Shown: positions 28,142-38,582 of the stretch, in pieces | Position numbering within the stretch: the stretch's first letter is position 1 | Layout of the letters: every line of letters begins with the position of its first letter | Assembly (NCBI GenBank): GCA_965223845.1 | Contig: CBDCXR010000004.1 | Coordinates: forward strand, 1,408,001 to 1,472,000 | DNA: 64,000 bases | DNA from: Planctomycetota bacterium | GTDB lineage: Bacteria; Planctomycetota; UBA8108; SXIK01 | Direction: 5' to 3' | The notes under the pieces: generated by a model | What the model was told of the DNA's origin: nothing | Databases searched by the model: none | The model's input: only the letters and a program-made list of their open reading frames with translations | Made by a program: the position numbers and the translations under genes

Positions 28142-30472
28142 ATGGAACCCCACGAAATCGAAAGTGCCGTCAAGGCCGTCGTCGCGGCCGTCAGGGAGCG
28201 AGGCGACGCCGCGCTCCTCGAGTTCACGGCGCGATGGGACCGCGCCGACCTCACACCGGAGACTCTCCGCGTTCCACCCGAAACCATCGCGGCGGCCCCG
28301 GTGGATTCGCCGTTCGCGCACGCGTTCGAACGTGCGGTGGGGCGTATCCGTCGCTTCCACGAAGCGATGAAGCCGCGTTCGTCCTTCGTCGAGGATGACT
28401 ACGGCGTGCGGATGGGGCTCCGCTGGACGGCGGTTGAGGCCGCGGGCCTCTACGTACCCGGGGGAAAGGCGAGCTACCCGTCGACGCTCGCCATGACGGC
28501 GATTCCCGCGCAGATCGCGGGGGTTCGGCGGATCGCGGTCGTTTCGCCGCCCGGCCCATCGGGTGAAGTCAGCGAGTCCGTGCTCATGGCGGCGAAGATA
28601 CTCGGGCTCGACGAGATCTACCGGGTCGGCGGCGCTCAGGCGGTCGCCGCTCTCGCACTCGGAACGAAGTCGGTCCCGCGTGTCGACAAGATCTTCGGTC
28701 CCGGAAACGCGTTCGTCGCCGAGGCGAAGAAGCAGCTCTTCGGTGAGGTTGGAATCGACATGCTCGCCGGTCCGAGCGAGGTCGTCGTTTACGCCGATCA
28801 CACCGCCGAACCCGATTGGGTCGCGTCGGATCTTATCGCACAGGCGGAGCACGACGAGGCGACGCGAGTCACCGTGCTCGCTTCGAGCGCGGCGGTCCTT
28901 CGCGCGATCGAGAGCGCATTCGAACGCCTGGCGAACGCCGAACCGCGTCGAGAGATCATCCTCGCGGCGTGGAGGAACGGCGGACGGGCGGAGATCGCCC
29001 CCGACGCCGACGCTGCGGCGCGACGCATCGACGCGATCGCCCCGGAGCACCTTTCGATTCAAGTCGCCGAGCCGTGGGCGGCGCTCGCGCGAGTGCGAAA
29101 TGCGGGCGCCATCTTCCTCGGGAGGTTCAGTCCGGTCGCGGTGGGGGATTACTACGCCGGTCCGAACCACGTCCTCCCGACCGGAACCACGGCGCGCTTT
29201 TCGTCCTGCCTCTCGGTCGAGGATTTCATGAAGCGATCGAACGTCTGCGAAATGCCGCGCGAATTCATCGTGGAGCGCGGAGAAGACGTCGAGATCCTCG
29301 CCGCCGGCGAGCAGCTCCCGGGACACGCGAACAGCGTGCGCCTGCGGCGGGAAGGCAGCGCGGAGGTCCGGGCTCGCCCGGGAGTGCGGGGAGTCACGCC
29401 GTACCTCCTCGTCGAGGAGAGCGCCGACGTCAAGCTGAACCAGAACGAATCGCCCTGGGATGTGCCGAACGAGATCAAGGACGCCGTCGCCGAGCGGCTC
29501 CGCGACGTCGAGTGGAATCGCTACCACCAAACGCTCCCCGGAGAGCTCGCCGCGCGGATCGCAGAGGACGCCGGCGTCGACGCGTCGAGCGTGATCCTGG
29601 GTTCCGGTTCGAATCTCATCCTCCAGTGGATCTTCGAAGCCTTCGCGGAGCCGGGCGACGCCGTCGTTCTCCCCGAGCCGTCGTTTTCGCTCTATCCGCT
29701 CTGGGCGGACATCTGCTCGCTGCGAAGAGTCGACGTCGAGCTCGACGCGGAGTTTCGGATCGACGCGGACGCCTGGGTCGCGGCCATCGAGCGCGCTCGC
29801 CCGGCGCTCACGGTTCTCTGCCTCCCGAACAATCCGACGGGGACCGAGCTTCCGTTCGCGGCGGTGTCGCGCATCGCGGATGCCGCCGAGGCGGCGGGAA
29901 GCCTGCTCGTCATCGACGAGGCGTATCGGGAGTTCAGCGACGCGAAGTTCGATCGCACGGCACTCGTCCGCGAGCGGGATGGGGTGATCCTCGTGCGGAC
30001 GTTTTCGAAGGCCTTCGCCTCGGCGGGCATGCGTCTCGGCTACGCGCTCGCCTCTCCGGCGATCGCGCGCGAGCTGCACAAGATCGTTCCTCCGTTTCAC
30101 TTGAATCTCTTCGCCGCCGTGATGGGGCTCACGGTGCTCGAGAGCCGAGTCGTTTTCGACGAGCGTGTCGCGACGCTGGTCAAGGAGCGCGAGCGTCTCG
30201 CGGTCGAGCTCGGCCGGGTGCCGGGAGTGCGCGTCGTCCCGTCGCAGGCAAACTTCTTCCTGGCCGAAGTCGAGTCTCCGGGCGAGGTATTCGCTGCGCT
30301 TTGCTCTCGCGGGGTCGTCGTCCGCCGCTTGAGTGGCGAACGTCTGACGCGCTTTTTGCGCGTGAGTGTCGGTACCCCGGAGGAGAACGACCGGCTCTTG
30401 AGCGCATGGACTGAAGTCCAGCAGGGAAAACGGCCGATATCTCGAACGTCCGAGCGCGGAGCGAAGTCATGA
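28142..30472 (+). CDS. hisD: Histidinol dehydrogenase - histidinol-phosphate aminotransferase fusion (HisD-HisC)
   Basis: HisD: DMLAGPSE, QAEHD, APEHL, GDYYAGPNHVLPT; HisC: KLNQNESP, PNNPTG, DEAY, RTFSKAF..AGMRLGY, all in one frame. Confidence 0.93.
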   Translation: MEPHEIESAVKAVVAAVRERGDAALLEFTARWDRADLTPETLRVPPETIAAAPVDSPFAHAFERAVGRIRRFHEAMKPRSSFVEDDYGVRMGLRWTAVEAAGLYVPGGKASYPSTLAMTAIPAQIAGVRRIAVVSPPGPSGEVSESVLMAAKILGLDEIYRVGGAQAVAALALGTKSVPRVDKIFGPGNAFVAEAKKQLFGEVGIDMLAGPSEVVVYADHTAEPDWVASDLIAQAEHDEATRVTVLASSAAVLRAIESAFERLANAEPRREIILAAWRNGGRAEIAPDADAAARRIDAIAPEHLSIQVAEPWAALARVRNAGAIFLGRFSPVAVGDYYAGPNHVLPTGTTARFSSCLSVEDFMKRSNVCEMPREFIVERGEDVEILAAGEQLPGHANSVRLRREGSAEVRARPGVRGVTPYLLVEESADVKLNQNESPWDVPNEIKDAVAERLRDVEWNRYHQTLPGELAARIAEDAGVDASSVILGSGSNLILQWIFEAFAEPGDAVVLPEPSFSLYPLWADICSLRRVDVELDAEFRIDADAWVAAIERARPALTVLCLPNNPTGTELPFAAVSRIADAAEAAGSLLVIDEAYREFSDAKFDRTALVRERDGVILVRTFSKAFASAGMRLGYALASPAIARELHKIVPPFHLNLFAAVMGLTVLESRVVFDERVATLVKERERLAVELGRVPGVRVVPSQANFFLAEVESPGEVFAALCSRGVVVRRLSGERLTRFLRVSVGTPEENDRLLSAWTEVQQGKRPISRTSERGAKS

Positions 30473-31095
30473 GTCGAGAGAGAGAAGCGGAGATCCGGCG
30501 GCGGACCGGCGAGACAGACGTGCGCGTACGCGTCCGCCTCGATCGGGCCGATCCACCCGACGTCACGACGGGTGTCGGGTTCTTCGACCACATGCTGACG
30601 GCGCTCGCGAAGCACGGGCGTTTCGGGCTCGTCGTTCGGGCCAAGGGCGACCTAGAGGTGGATCAGCACCACCTCGTGGAAGACGTAGGAATCGGTCTCG
30701 GCCAAGCGATCGACACCGCACTCGGTGAGGATCGGCGGATCGCTCGCTTCGCTTCGGCGTACGCTCCCCTCGATGAGGCCCTCGCCCGCGCCGTGATCGA
30801 TATCAGCGGAAGATCCTATCTTCGCTACGGGGTTGCGATCTCCCGGGCGCGCGTCGGCGAGTTCGACACGGATCTCGTGCTCGAGTTCTTTCAGGCGCTT
30901 ACGTCGAACGCGAAGCTCAATCTACACCTCGATCTTCTGAGTGGAGCGAACGCGCACCACCAGATCGAAGCGATCTTCAAAGCGACGGCACTCGCGCTCC
31001 GAGACGCGGTGGCGCGCGACGTTGAGCTGCGAGACGTTCCTTCGACCAAGGGAACGCTCACGGAGAGTGCGGCGCGGGCGCCGGAGGAGAGCTGA
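30469..31095 (+). CDS. hisB: Imidazoleglycerol-phosphate dehydratase
   Basis: FFDHML, DQHHLVEDVG, NAHHQIEAIFKA, PSTKG. Confidence 0.97.
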   Translation: MSREREAEIRRRTGETDVRVRVRLDRADPPDVTTGVGFFDHMLTALAKHGRFGLVVRAKGDLEVDQHHLVEDVGIGLGQAIDTALGEDRRIARFASAYAPLDEALARAVIDISGRSYLRYGVAISRARVGEFDTDLVLEFFQALTSNAKLNLHLDLLSGANAHHQIEAIFKATALALRDAVARDVELRDVPSTKGTLTESAARAPEES

Positions 31096-31098
31096 GCC

Positions 31099-31860
31099 GT
31101 GTCGTTTCCGACCTTCGATTCGACACGCATCTTTCCCGCGATCGACATCCGCGGCCGGCGCTGCGTCCGTCTCGTGCGCGGTGAGCGCGACGCGGAGATG
31201 CAGTACGACGCGAACCCGCTCGAAGCGGCTGCGCGCTGGCGTGACGACGGCGCGGAGTGCCTCCACGTCATCGATCTCGGCGCTGCGTTCGGCGAGCCGG
31301 ACTCGAGTGACGTCGTGCTCGAGATCGCTCGCTCGGTCGGCCTGCCGGTTCAGACGGGGGGCGGCATTCGGGACGAGTCGCGCGTGGCGCGCTTCCTCGA
31401 CGGGGGAGTCGGGCGCGTCATTCTCGGAACTCGCGGACTCCGCGACGCCGACTTTCTTCAGCGGATGGTCGACACGTACGGCCCTGAGCGCGTCGTTGTC
31501 GCCATCGACTGTGAAAACGATCGCGTCAAGATCGCCGGGTGGGAGGAAGAGAGCCCACTCACGATCGACGAGGCGATCACCGCCACGCAGGCGGCCGGTG
31601 CGAACCGCTTTCTCGTCACGGCGACGGACCGCGACGGGACTTTCGGTGGACTCCGCGTCGACCTGGTCGAACGGGTCCTCGCCGGCTCGACGTCACGAGT
31701 CGTCGCGGCCGGCGGAGTTGGAACCCTCGCCCACGTGGAAGCCGCGCTCGCGCTCGCTCACCCGCGCCTCGAGGGCGTCGTGATCGGGCGCGCTCTCTAC
31801 GAGGGCGGAGTCGATCTCAAGAGAGCCATCGCGCTCACGCAGCGGCCGGAGGAGACGTAG
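31099..31860 (+). CDS. hisA: ProFAR isomerase
   Basis: IFPAIDIRG.CVRL, LHVIDL, GGGIR, DRDGT, VIGRALYEG. Confidence 0.95.
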   Translation: MSFPTFDSTRIFPAIDIRGRRCVRLVRGERDAEMQYDANPLEAAARWRDDGAECLHVIDLGAAFGEPDSSDVVLEIARSVGLPVQTGGGIRDESRVARFLDGGVGRVILGTRGLRDADFLQRMVDTYGPERVVVAIDCENDRVKIAGWEEESPLTIDEAITATQAAGANRFLVTATDRDGTFGGLRVDLVERVLAGSTSRVVAAGGVGTLAHVEAALALAHPRLEGVVIGRALYEGGVDLKRAIALTQRPEET

Positions 31861-31865
31861 AACGG

Positions 31866-32270
31866 ATGAACGAAACGACGACGAATCTCGATGGCCTTCT
31901 CGACGGCGTGAAGTTCGACGACCGCGGGCTCGTTCCCGCGGTGGTTCAGGACGCAACGAACGGCCAAGTCTTGATGGTCGCCTACATGAACCGAGAGTCG
32001 CTCCGGCGAACGCTCGTCGACGGACTCTCGTGCTTTTGGAGTCGGTCGCGCCAGGAGTTCTGGGTCAAGGGGCTCACGTCGGGGAACACGCAGAAGGTCG
32101 TCGGCGTCTACGTCGATTGCGACCAGGACTGTCTGCTCGTTCTCGTCGAGCAGCAGGGGGCGGCCGTGGCTTGCCACACGGGGAAGCGAACGTGCTTCTT
32201 CCGGCGACTGGACGAGAAGGCGGCCGATCTCGCGGATGTCGACGCCGATCGGCCGCACTTCCAAAGCTGA
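31866..32270 (+). CDS. hisI: Phosphoribosyl-AMP cyclohydrolase
   Basis: GLVPAVVQD, WSRSRQE.W.KG.TSGN, DCDQD, ACHTG..TCF; no HisE domain. Confidence 0.95.
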   Translation: MNETTTNLDGLLDGVKFDDRGLVPAVVQDATNGQVLMVAYMNRESLRRTLVDGLSCFWSRSRQEFWVKGLTSGNTQKVVGVYVDCDQDCLLVLVEQQGAAVACHTGKRTCFFRRLDEKAADLADVDADRPHFQS

Positions 32271-32285
32271 GGCGCTGCGAGCGCC

Positions 32286-33809
32286 TCAGCCTCGCAGTTC
32301 CTTCCGCAGAATCTTGCCCGTCGATCCCTTCGGCAGATCGTCCAGGATCTCGAAGAGCCGCGGATACTTCGTCGCCCCGAGGTTCGCCTTGCAGTGCGCG
32401 AGAAGCTCCTCCTCCGTCACCTCACCCTTCAGCGAGACGAACGCTTTCACCTCTTCGCCGTACTGGTCGTCCGGGACGCCCACGACGGCCGCCTCGCGCA
32501 CTGCTCCGTGCGCATAAAGGACTTCCTCGACTTCCCGCGGGTACACGTTGAACCCGCCGCGGATGATCATGTCCTTCTTCCGGTCGACGATATAGAAGTA
32601 GCCGTCTTCGTCCATCTTTCCCACGTCGCCGCTGTGAAACCAGCCGCTGCGGAAGGCTTCCGCCGTCGCGTCCGAACGTTTGTAGTACCCCTTCATGATG
32701 TTGAAGCCGCGGATGACGACTTCGCCGACTTCGTTCGGGCCGAGTTCGCGATCGTCGGCGTCGAAGATCTTCACCTCGCACCCGTAGATCGCCTGGCCGA
32801 TCGAACCCGGCTTCCGGGGTTTGTACGTAACGTTGAACGTAGCGACGGGCGAGGTTTCCGAGAGTCCGTAACCCTCGAGGATCACCACCCCGTACTTCTT
32901 CTCGAATTCCTTCATCACCTCGACCGGCATCGCGGCTCCGCCCGAAAAGCAGTAGCGGAGACTCGAGAGGTCGTAGCGGTCTGCATCCGCGAAGTTGAGG
33001 AGCTGAAAGTACATCGTCGGAACGCCGCTGAAAACCGACACGCGATCGCGCTCCATGACGTGGAGGACGCGCTCGGGGTCGAAGCGCTCGACGTACGTGA
33101 GGCGGGATCCGCCGAACACCGAGCTGTTCTGATTCGCGGTCTGTCCGAACGAGTGAAAGAGAGGAAGTGTCGCGAGGATGGTCTCTCCCGGCCCGAGGCT
33201 CACCGGCTTCTCAGGCGACGAGAGCAGCGACTGATTCGAGAGCTGCGCATTCGAGTACATGTTGAAGTGCGTTAGCTCGGCGCCCTTCGGTTGTCCCGTC
33301 GTTCCGGATGTGTAGAGGATGACGGCCGTCTCCTCCGCAGTAGTACGGGCGATGTCGAGGCGCCTAGTCCAATCGACGGGGTCACCGCCGTTCAAAGTGA
33401 GCGGCCCGTCGCTCTCGTCGAAGACGAAGAGGCGGCGACAAGTGTCGACCTCCTCGAAGCCCTCCTTCGCCGCGGCGTGGTAGTCGTGCCACGCAACGAG
33501 TCCGACGGAGTCGGAGTCTTCGAGAAGATAGGCGATCTCGCGCCCGACGGAGAGGAAACTGATGGGGACGACGGTGCAGCCGGCGTGCAGGATGCCGAAA
33601 TAGGCGATGGTGAAGCTGATGCGATTCGGCGACAGCAGCGCGACCTTCTCTCCGGGACGGATGCCCGTCTCGAGGAGGTGGGCAGCGAAGGCCTGGACGC
33701 GGCCTTCGAACTCGCGATACGAAAGTTGCAGGTCGTCGTGAAGGAGGGCGCAGTGATCCGCGTAGCGGAGCGAGGATTGGCGGACGATTTCCGCGAGATT
33801 GAGGCTCAT
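32286..33809 (-). CDS. Long-chain fatty acid-CoA ligase (AMP-binding)
   Basis: YTSGTTGQPKG, EGYGLSET, SGD, DRKKDMIIRGG, PKGSTGKILR. Confidence 0.93.
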   Translation of the reverse strand: MSLNLAEIVRQSSLRYADHCALLHDDLQLSYREFEGRVQAFAAHLLETGIRPGEKVALLSPNRISFTIAYFGILHAGCTVVPISFLSVGREIAYLLEDSDSVGLVAWHDYHAAAKEGFEEVDTCRRLFVFDESDGPLTLNGGDPVDWTRRLDIARTTAEETAVILYTSGTTGQPKGAELTHFNMYSNAQLSNQSLLSSPEKPVSLGPGETILATLPLFHSFGQTANQNSSVFGGSRLTYVERFDPERVLHVMERDRVSVFSGVPTMYFQLLNFADADRYDLSSLRYCFSGGAAMPVEVMKEFEKKYGVVILEGYGLSETSPVATFNVTYKPRKPGSIGQAIYGCEVKIFDADDRELGPNEVGEVVIRGFNIMKGYYKRSDATAEAFRSGWFHSGDVGKMDEDGYFYIVDRKKDMIIRGGFNVYPREVEEVLYAHGAVREAAVVGVPDDQYGEEVKAFVSLKGEVTEEELLAHCKANLGATKYPRLFEILDDLPKGSTGKILRKELRG

Positions 33810-34115
33810 CGAGACTCCGTTCGGGGTGATCTCACGTGTTTGAGGGAGATGACTCGGCGGTCATTCGGTCCGCTCAAACCACGACCTCGTCTCGCTTCTC
33901 GCCGCTAGGAGTCGATGCCTCGCGATTCTCTGGCCAGCCGTGATGCCGCCCGGTTGCGAGACTCTTCGACTCCGCGAGAGAGTGCGCGCGCAGAGCGTGC
34001 GCGCGTCGAGACGGACTCCACGAATGGTCGATGAGAGAGCCGTATCGTGTCAAGAACCGGCCGCTGCCGGCCTGCGGCGATGTCCGTCATCGGGGAGGCG
34101 CGGGGGTTCTCGAGC

Positions 34116-35039
34116 TCAGCGGTCCTCGACGGGCGGCGGACCGTCTTCCGGAAGCACGGGACCCACCGGCTCGCTGTTCGCCGCTGCGTTCGCATCCGCC
34201 CCGTCGACGCGATCGACGAGCTCGAGCGAGCGAATGCTCTCGGCGAACGCCTCTTCGTAGCGGCCGAATGCATTCTCAGGAGACGAGTACGTGAGGACGA
34301 ACACCCACTCGTCGCGCCGCGTAAATACCTGGATCTGACGCACGCTCGAGCCCGCGATGCGATTCCTGACTTCGAAGATCCAGCCGGCGAGCGTTTCTCC
34401 GCCGAACGGCTCGTCGCGGACGACGTGAATGTTCTGCGCCTGTTCCGCGTACGACTCCGCGGCGCGGGTCTTGATCGCGCGGATCTTCTCGTCGGAGCGA
34501 TAGGAGAGGACCGTCAGGTTGGCACTCGTCACCGGATGCTCGAAGTAGCCGACGACACTCGAGGAGAGAGCGCCGTCCTTGCGGAGGAACCCCTTCGGCG
34601 GGGCGACGCGGTAACCCGCCTCGGCATGTTTGATCACATCGTCGACGAGATCGTACCGCGGGGGACGAGGAGATCCGTCGCGCATCCGAACTTCTGGAAG
34701 CGCCGGGCCGACGCCCGTCCGGCGATCGACGTCCGTCTCGTCGTCGGATTCCGGCAGCGTCACGTAGTTCGAGGGCGCGCTCGGCTCCGGCGTGCGGACG
34801 TGGGTCTCCAGCTTCCAATCGTTGCCGTCGCGAATGTCCTTTCGGTAGCTGCGAACCTGCGCGACCCGGAAGGAGAGGATCCCGCCACCGTGAAGTCGGA
34901 TCGAGACCTCGCGTTCGTTCGCCCGCAGGATGTCACCGAAGAACACCTCCCCGGTTCGCAGCTCGATCTTGTCGGCACGGCACGGAACCGCAGCGAGGAG
35001 CGTGAAGGAAACGATGCCGAAGACGGTGCGAGCGTTCAT
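34116..35039 (-). CDS. Secreted hypothetical protein, possible PsbP/DcrB-like C-terminal domain
   Basis: Signal peptide ending RA-D; N-terminal DKIELRTGEVFFG small domain; C-terminal FVLTYS...FAESIRSL. Confidence 0.55.
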   Translation of the reverse strand: MNARTVFGIVSFTLLAAVPCRADKIELRTGEVFFGDILRANEREVSIRLHGGGILSFRVAQVRSYRKDIRDGNDWKLETHVRTPEPSAPSNYVTLPESDDETDVDRRTGVGPALPEVRMRDGSPRPPRYDLVDDVIKHAEAGYRVAPPKGFLRKDGALSSSVVGYFEHPVTSANLTVLSYRSDEKIRAIKTRAAESYAEQAQNIHVVRDEPFGGETLAGWIFEVRNRIAGSSVRQIQVFTRRDEWVFVLTYSSPENAFGRYEEAFAESIRSLELVDRVDGADANAAANSEPVGPVLPEDGPPPVEDR

Positions 35040-35427
35040 GGGCGCAGCTCTCGAGCGGCTGAGTTTCGGACCGGGGCGAAGACGGGAACGCGATCTGAGG
35101 ACGCGGCGGACGGGCCGAGAACCCGCAACCGGCTGTGGACGGTCGGGAGTTCACAGGATCGGACCGGCCGCCACCATCCCCCGAAAAGCTTAGGATGCGG
35201 AGTCGAGATCGCCCAGCGAGAGCACCTCCGCGCGACGCAACTCTATCGGACGAAGACAGATAGACGCTGTCGCAACGCCGAGAGCGCGAGTTCTCGGGCG
35301 AAGGATCAGCGGTTCGATCGGTTTGGCACGCGCAAACCGAGATCGGGTCAAGATCGAGGTTTCGATCGACGCGCGCGCTCCGCCTACAGTCGGGCTTCGT
35401 GCCGTTCGTCCCGCCGGACGGAATCGG

Positions 35428-36786
35428 TCAGTGCGCGAGATCTCCCGTCCACCACTTCTGCCAGTCCTCGACCTCGGTTCCGCGCTCTCGCTGCCCGCCG
35501 GATTCCCAGAACGCAGGATTGGTGATCGTGGGCTTGCCCGTTAGCGACACGAGACTCTCCGCGGCGGCGCGGCGGAGGCGTCCGCTCTGGCTTTCGAGAA
35601 GATCGATGAGGAGCGGGATCCATTGCGATCGGTAGACGACGCTCTCTCCGACGAGTCCGACCACCTCGATGCGAAACTCTTCCGGCTCTCTCGCGTCGAG
35701 CACACGCCCCCGCAGCTCGCGCAATGCCTCCTGGATCCAAGGCTCGCCGAAGACGAATGAGAACGGTGTCGACTCGAGGCGCCGGAGAAACGCCGTGTAC
35801 GCCGCGTGCCGTCGCTCACGGCGTGGGTCGTCGAAGAGCGCGCGGAGTCCCCGTAGGATGCGCCGGTCGTCGCGTCCCCGAGGAGAGCCGAGCTCCCTCA
35901 GCGCCCACGCGCCGGTCAATCGGAGCTCGGGAGCGGCCGACCGCGCGAGCTCGAGGAGGTGTCCGGTTCGGTCGAAGCCGCGGAGAAACACGTTCCAACC
36001 GGCTTCGAGCTCGACGAGCTCGTCGTGGCTGAGCCGGAGAAGGTGGCGAATCCGCTCGTCCAGCGGACGCTCGGGGGAGAAGTGGTGCGTGAGGACGTAG
36101 TAGACGAGCGACCACGAGAGCGCGTAGTTGCGCTCCTTCGCGTCGCTCGCGTGAAACTCGCTCCAGCGTTTTTCGACGAGCTCTCTCACGCGGAGTGGCG
36201 ACTCGTTGGCGAACGCTGCACGCGATGCGACCTGGAAGAGCACGGGGTGGAAGAGCGGATACTCGAAGTGGCGCTCGTCGAAGAGCGTCACCTCTAGAGT
36301 TCCCGCGAGTCCTTCGTTCAGCCAGCAGCTACGTCCGGCCTCCGGGTGCACCATCGCGATGAAGTGATGGGCGATCTCGTGAAGAAGAATCTGACCGAGA
36401 ACGCGATCGAGCTCGGGCCAAACGGGATTCGTATCGATGCAGACGTAGTCGAGGAGAGGAACGTAGTACCCGAGAACGTCCGGGGAGTAGCGGTAGTCGA
36501 GAACGTCGGAGTCCGCTCCTTCGAGAACGATCGTCAGGTGATCATAGTCATCGCGCGATAGCGCGAACACGTCGAAATACGCGTTGACGATGTGCTCTAC
36601 ATCGCGTCCGACCGAAGAAACGAACTCCCGGTCGCGATCCGAGTAGATCACGAAACCGTCCGAGCGGTAGCTCTGATCGTAGACGAGCTCGCAGCTCGTA
36701 CCGCCGAACGCGCTCAAGGCGATCGTCGCCAGGGACAAGGCCGCACGCCGATAGCGATGGTCGCGAGACCGACTCCAAACACTCAC
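35428..36786 (-). CDS. Lipoprotein zinc metallopeptidase (DUF1570/peptidase MA-like) with HEAT-like C-terminus
   Basis: GTSC lipobox-like; HEIAH plus WLNEGLA gluzincin motif; YALSWSLVYY. Confidence 0.7.
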   Translation of the reverse strand: MSVWSRSRDHRYRRAALSLATIALSAFGGTSCELVYDQSYRSDGFVIYSDRDREFVSSVGRDVEHIVNAYFDVFALSRDDYDHLTIVLEGADSDVLDYRYSPDVLGYYVPLLDYVCIDTNPVWPELDRVLGQILLHEIAHHFIAMVHPEAGRSCWLNEGLAGTLEVTLFDERHFEYPLFHPVLFQVASRAAFANESPLRVRELVEKRWSEFHASDAKERNYALSWSLVYYVLTHHFSPERPLDERIRHLLRLSHDELVELEAGWNVFLRGFDRTGHLLELARSAAPELRLTGAWALRELGSPRGRDDRRILRGLRALFDDPRRERRHAAYTAFLRRLESTPFSFVFGEPWIQEALRELRGRVLDAREPEEFRIEVVGLVGESVVYRSQWIPLLIDLLESQSGRLRRAAAESLVSLTGKPTITNPAFWESGGQRERGTEVEDWQKWWTGDLAH

Positions 36787-37214
36787 TGACGAATCCCGCC
36801 CGTCTTGGGATGGAGGATGACCCGAGTCGACGGCTCGTCGCTCAGACCGTCGAAGCGGTAGCGAACGGTGGCGGACTTCGTCCAGTGATCGCTCGGATCG
36901 ACGCTAACGAAGAACTCGAAGCGAACTTCGTAGAGCGGAACGCTCGCGCTGTCGTGTTCCGAGCGTAAGATGCGCTCGATCTCTCGGCGGGCGATTTCGC
37001 GGTAGCCGGCGACGTCGAGCTCGTCCTCGATGTGAACGACGCACTCGAGCACATCTTTGTGGGGGCGCGCGGGCGACGTCTGATAGGACGGAGCTCCGGC
37101 GCAGCCGACGAGCGCGAGCGACCAAAGGGCGGACGCGGTCGCCGCGGCGAATGCGACGCGGTGAAGCGCGTCGGCAACAGAGAGGTGGTTGAAGACGGAG
37201 CGGTGGCGGGACAT
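36783..37214 (-). CDS. Hypothetical lipoprotein
   Basis: LVGC lipobox; 4-bp overlap with the downstream gene. Confidence 0.6.
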   Translation of the reverse strand: MSRHRSVFNHLSVADALHRVAFAAATASALWSLALVGCAGAPSYQTSPARPHKDVLECVVHIEDELDVAGYREIARREIERILRSEHDSASVPLYEVRFEFFVSVDPSDHWTKSATVRYRFDGLSDEPSTRVILHPKTGGIRQ

Positions 37215-37343
37215 CGGCGCGGGGAGAGCGGGGGGCGGGAGGCCGGGCGACCGGCCGGGGACTCACGCGGACGCATCGCTGAAGTGCAGAACCCGTGCCC
37301 AAGCCCGATCGACGCCGTGTCGGAGAGCGAGAGCGACGACGCG

Positions 37344-37802
37344 CTACGGTGAGAGGAGACGGCGAACCTCGGCCGGCGCGGTGGCAATCGCCGTCCGGGC
37401 GCGGTCGTGCGCTTCGAGCCACTCGGCCAGCGATTCCGCGGGCCGCGGACCGTTCTGAATGAGGACGGTGACGAATCCCTCCGGCGCGGCGCCCCGCGCG
37501 ACGTCGAGCGTCCAGTCTTTGGACCATCGGACGATCCCGGCCCCCGCGGGGACGATCGCTTCGCGCCCGGCGGAGCGTGCGGTGACGACGCCGCGCCAGG
37601 GGTCGAAGGACGACTCCGGACTGAGGAGAACGACGACGCGAAGTCGCTCGGAGGACGCGAAGACATCGATGCGTCGGTCGGCAAACTGCGCGGAAACGAG
37701 GAGACGCGCCGGGGGGCGCTCCCAGCGGTCGAGCGAGACCAGGCCCCACCCGAGCGCGGCGAGAAGAGCGAGGACCGTTCCAGCACGAAGCCTACGCGAC
37801 AC
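37344..37802 (-). CDS. Hypothetical exported protein
   Basis: N-terminal TM/signal; same strand as the queE cluster. Confidence 0.5.
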   Translation of the reverse strand: MSRRLRAGTVLALLAALGWGLVSLDRWERPPARLLVSAQFADRRIDVFASSERLRVVVLLSPESSFDPWRGVVTARSAGREAIVPAGAGIVRWSKDWTLDVARGAAPEGFVTVLIQNGPRPAESLAEWLEAHDRARTAIATAPAEVRRLLSP

Positions 37803-37889
37803 GCCCGTTCTCTCCGATCGATTCGTTCAAGGCCGGTCTCCCTTCGTTCCTCTCTCGACGCTTCTCGTCGATCGAGGACCGGGCCGCGA

Positions 37890-38582
37890 TCAGACCCCGC
37901 GTGCGTCTGGATCCCAGACGAGCTTGTGGAGCTGTAGGTTGAGGCGCACCGGCAGCGCATCCGCGAGGATCCACTCCGCCAGATCGCGCGGCGATAGTTC
38001 GCCGAAGGACGGCGAGAGGTGAACGGGGATCTCCGCCGGCCAGCGATCCCGATTCGCCCGCAGCCACTCCCGCGCCCATTCGTAGTCCGCGCGATCTCGA
38101 ACGACGAGCTTGAGCTCGTCGCCGCCGCGCAGCTCGTCGGGTACGGTCCGGCGGTTGTGCCGCTCCATGCCGCTCCCCGGAGTCTTCCAGTCCACGATCC
38201 GCTTCACGCGCGGGTCGACCGCATCGATCGCCACGGCACCGCTCGTTTCGAGGAGAACCTCGTAGCCAGCGTCTGCGAGGCCGGTCATGAGGGGATGCAC
38301 GGCGCGCTGGAGAAGCGGCTCGCCGCCGGTGACCTCGACGAGATCGCAGCCGGCGCGCTCGACTTCGCCGAGGACGTGGCCGACGGTCATCCGCCGACCG
38401 TCGAAGAAGGAGTACTCGGTGTCGCACCAGACGCACCGCAGGTGACAGCCGGTGAGCCGGACGAAGAAACACGGCCTTCCGGCGTGAGTCGATTCCCCCT
38501 GCACACTGAGAAAGAGCTCGCTCACGAAAAGCTCGTCGGGCGCGAGATCCGCGAGCTCACGCGGAAGGAGCGATGCCTTCAC
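37890..38582 (-). CDS. queE: 7-carboxy-7-deazaguanine synthase (radical SAM)
   Basis: SVQGES..GRPC.FVRLTGCHLRCVWCDT, TGGEPL, ETSG, QLHK. Confidence 0.9.
   Translation of the reverse strand: MKASLLPRELADLAPDELFVSELFLSVQGESTHAGRPCFFVRLTGCHLRCVWCDTEYSFFDGRRMTVGHVLGEVERAGCDLVEVTGGEPLLQRAVHPLMTGLADAGYEVLLETSGAVAIDAVDPRVKRIVDWKTPGSGMERHNRRTVPDELRGGDELKLVVRDRADYEWAREWLRANRDRWPAEIPVHLSPSFGELSPRDLAEWILADALPVRLNLQLHKLVWDPDARGV

Noticed and set aside
33905-33975. GGAGTCGA...TCGACTCC inverted repeat upstream of the acyl-CoA ligase as a riboswitch
   Set aside because: No match to aptamer motifs I recognise and no expression platform; an 8-bp stem is unremarkable at this GC content
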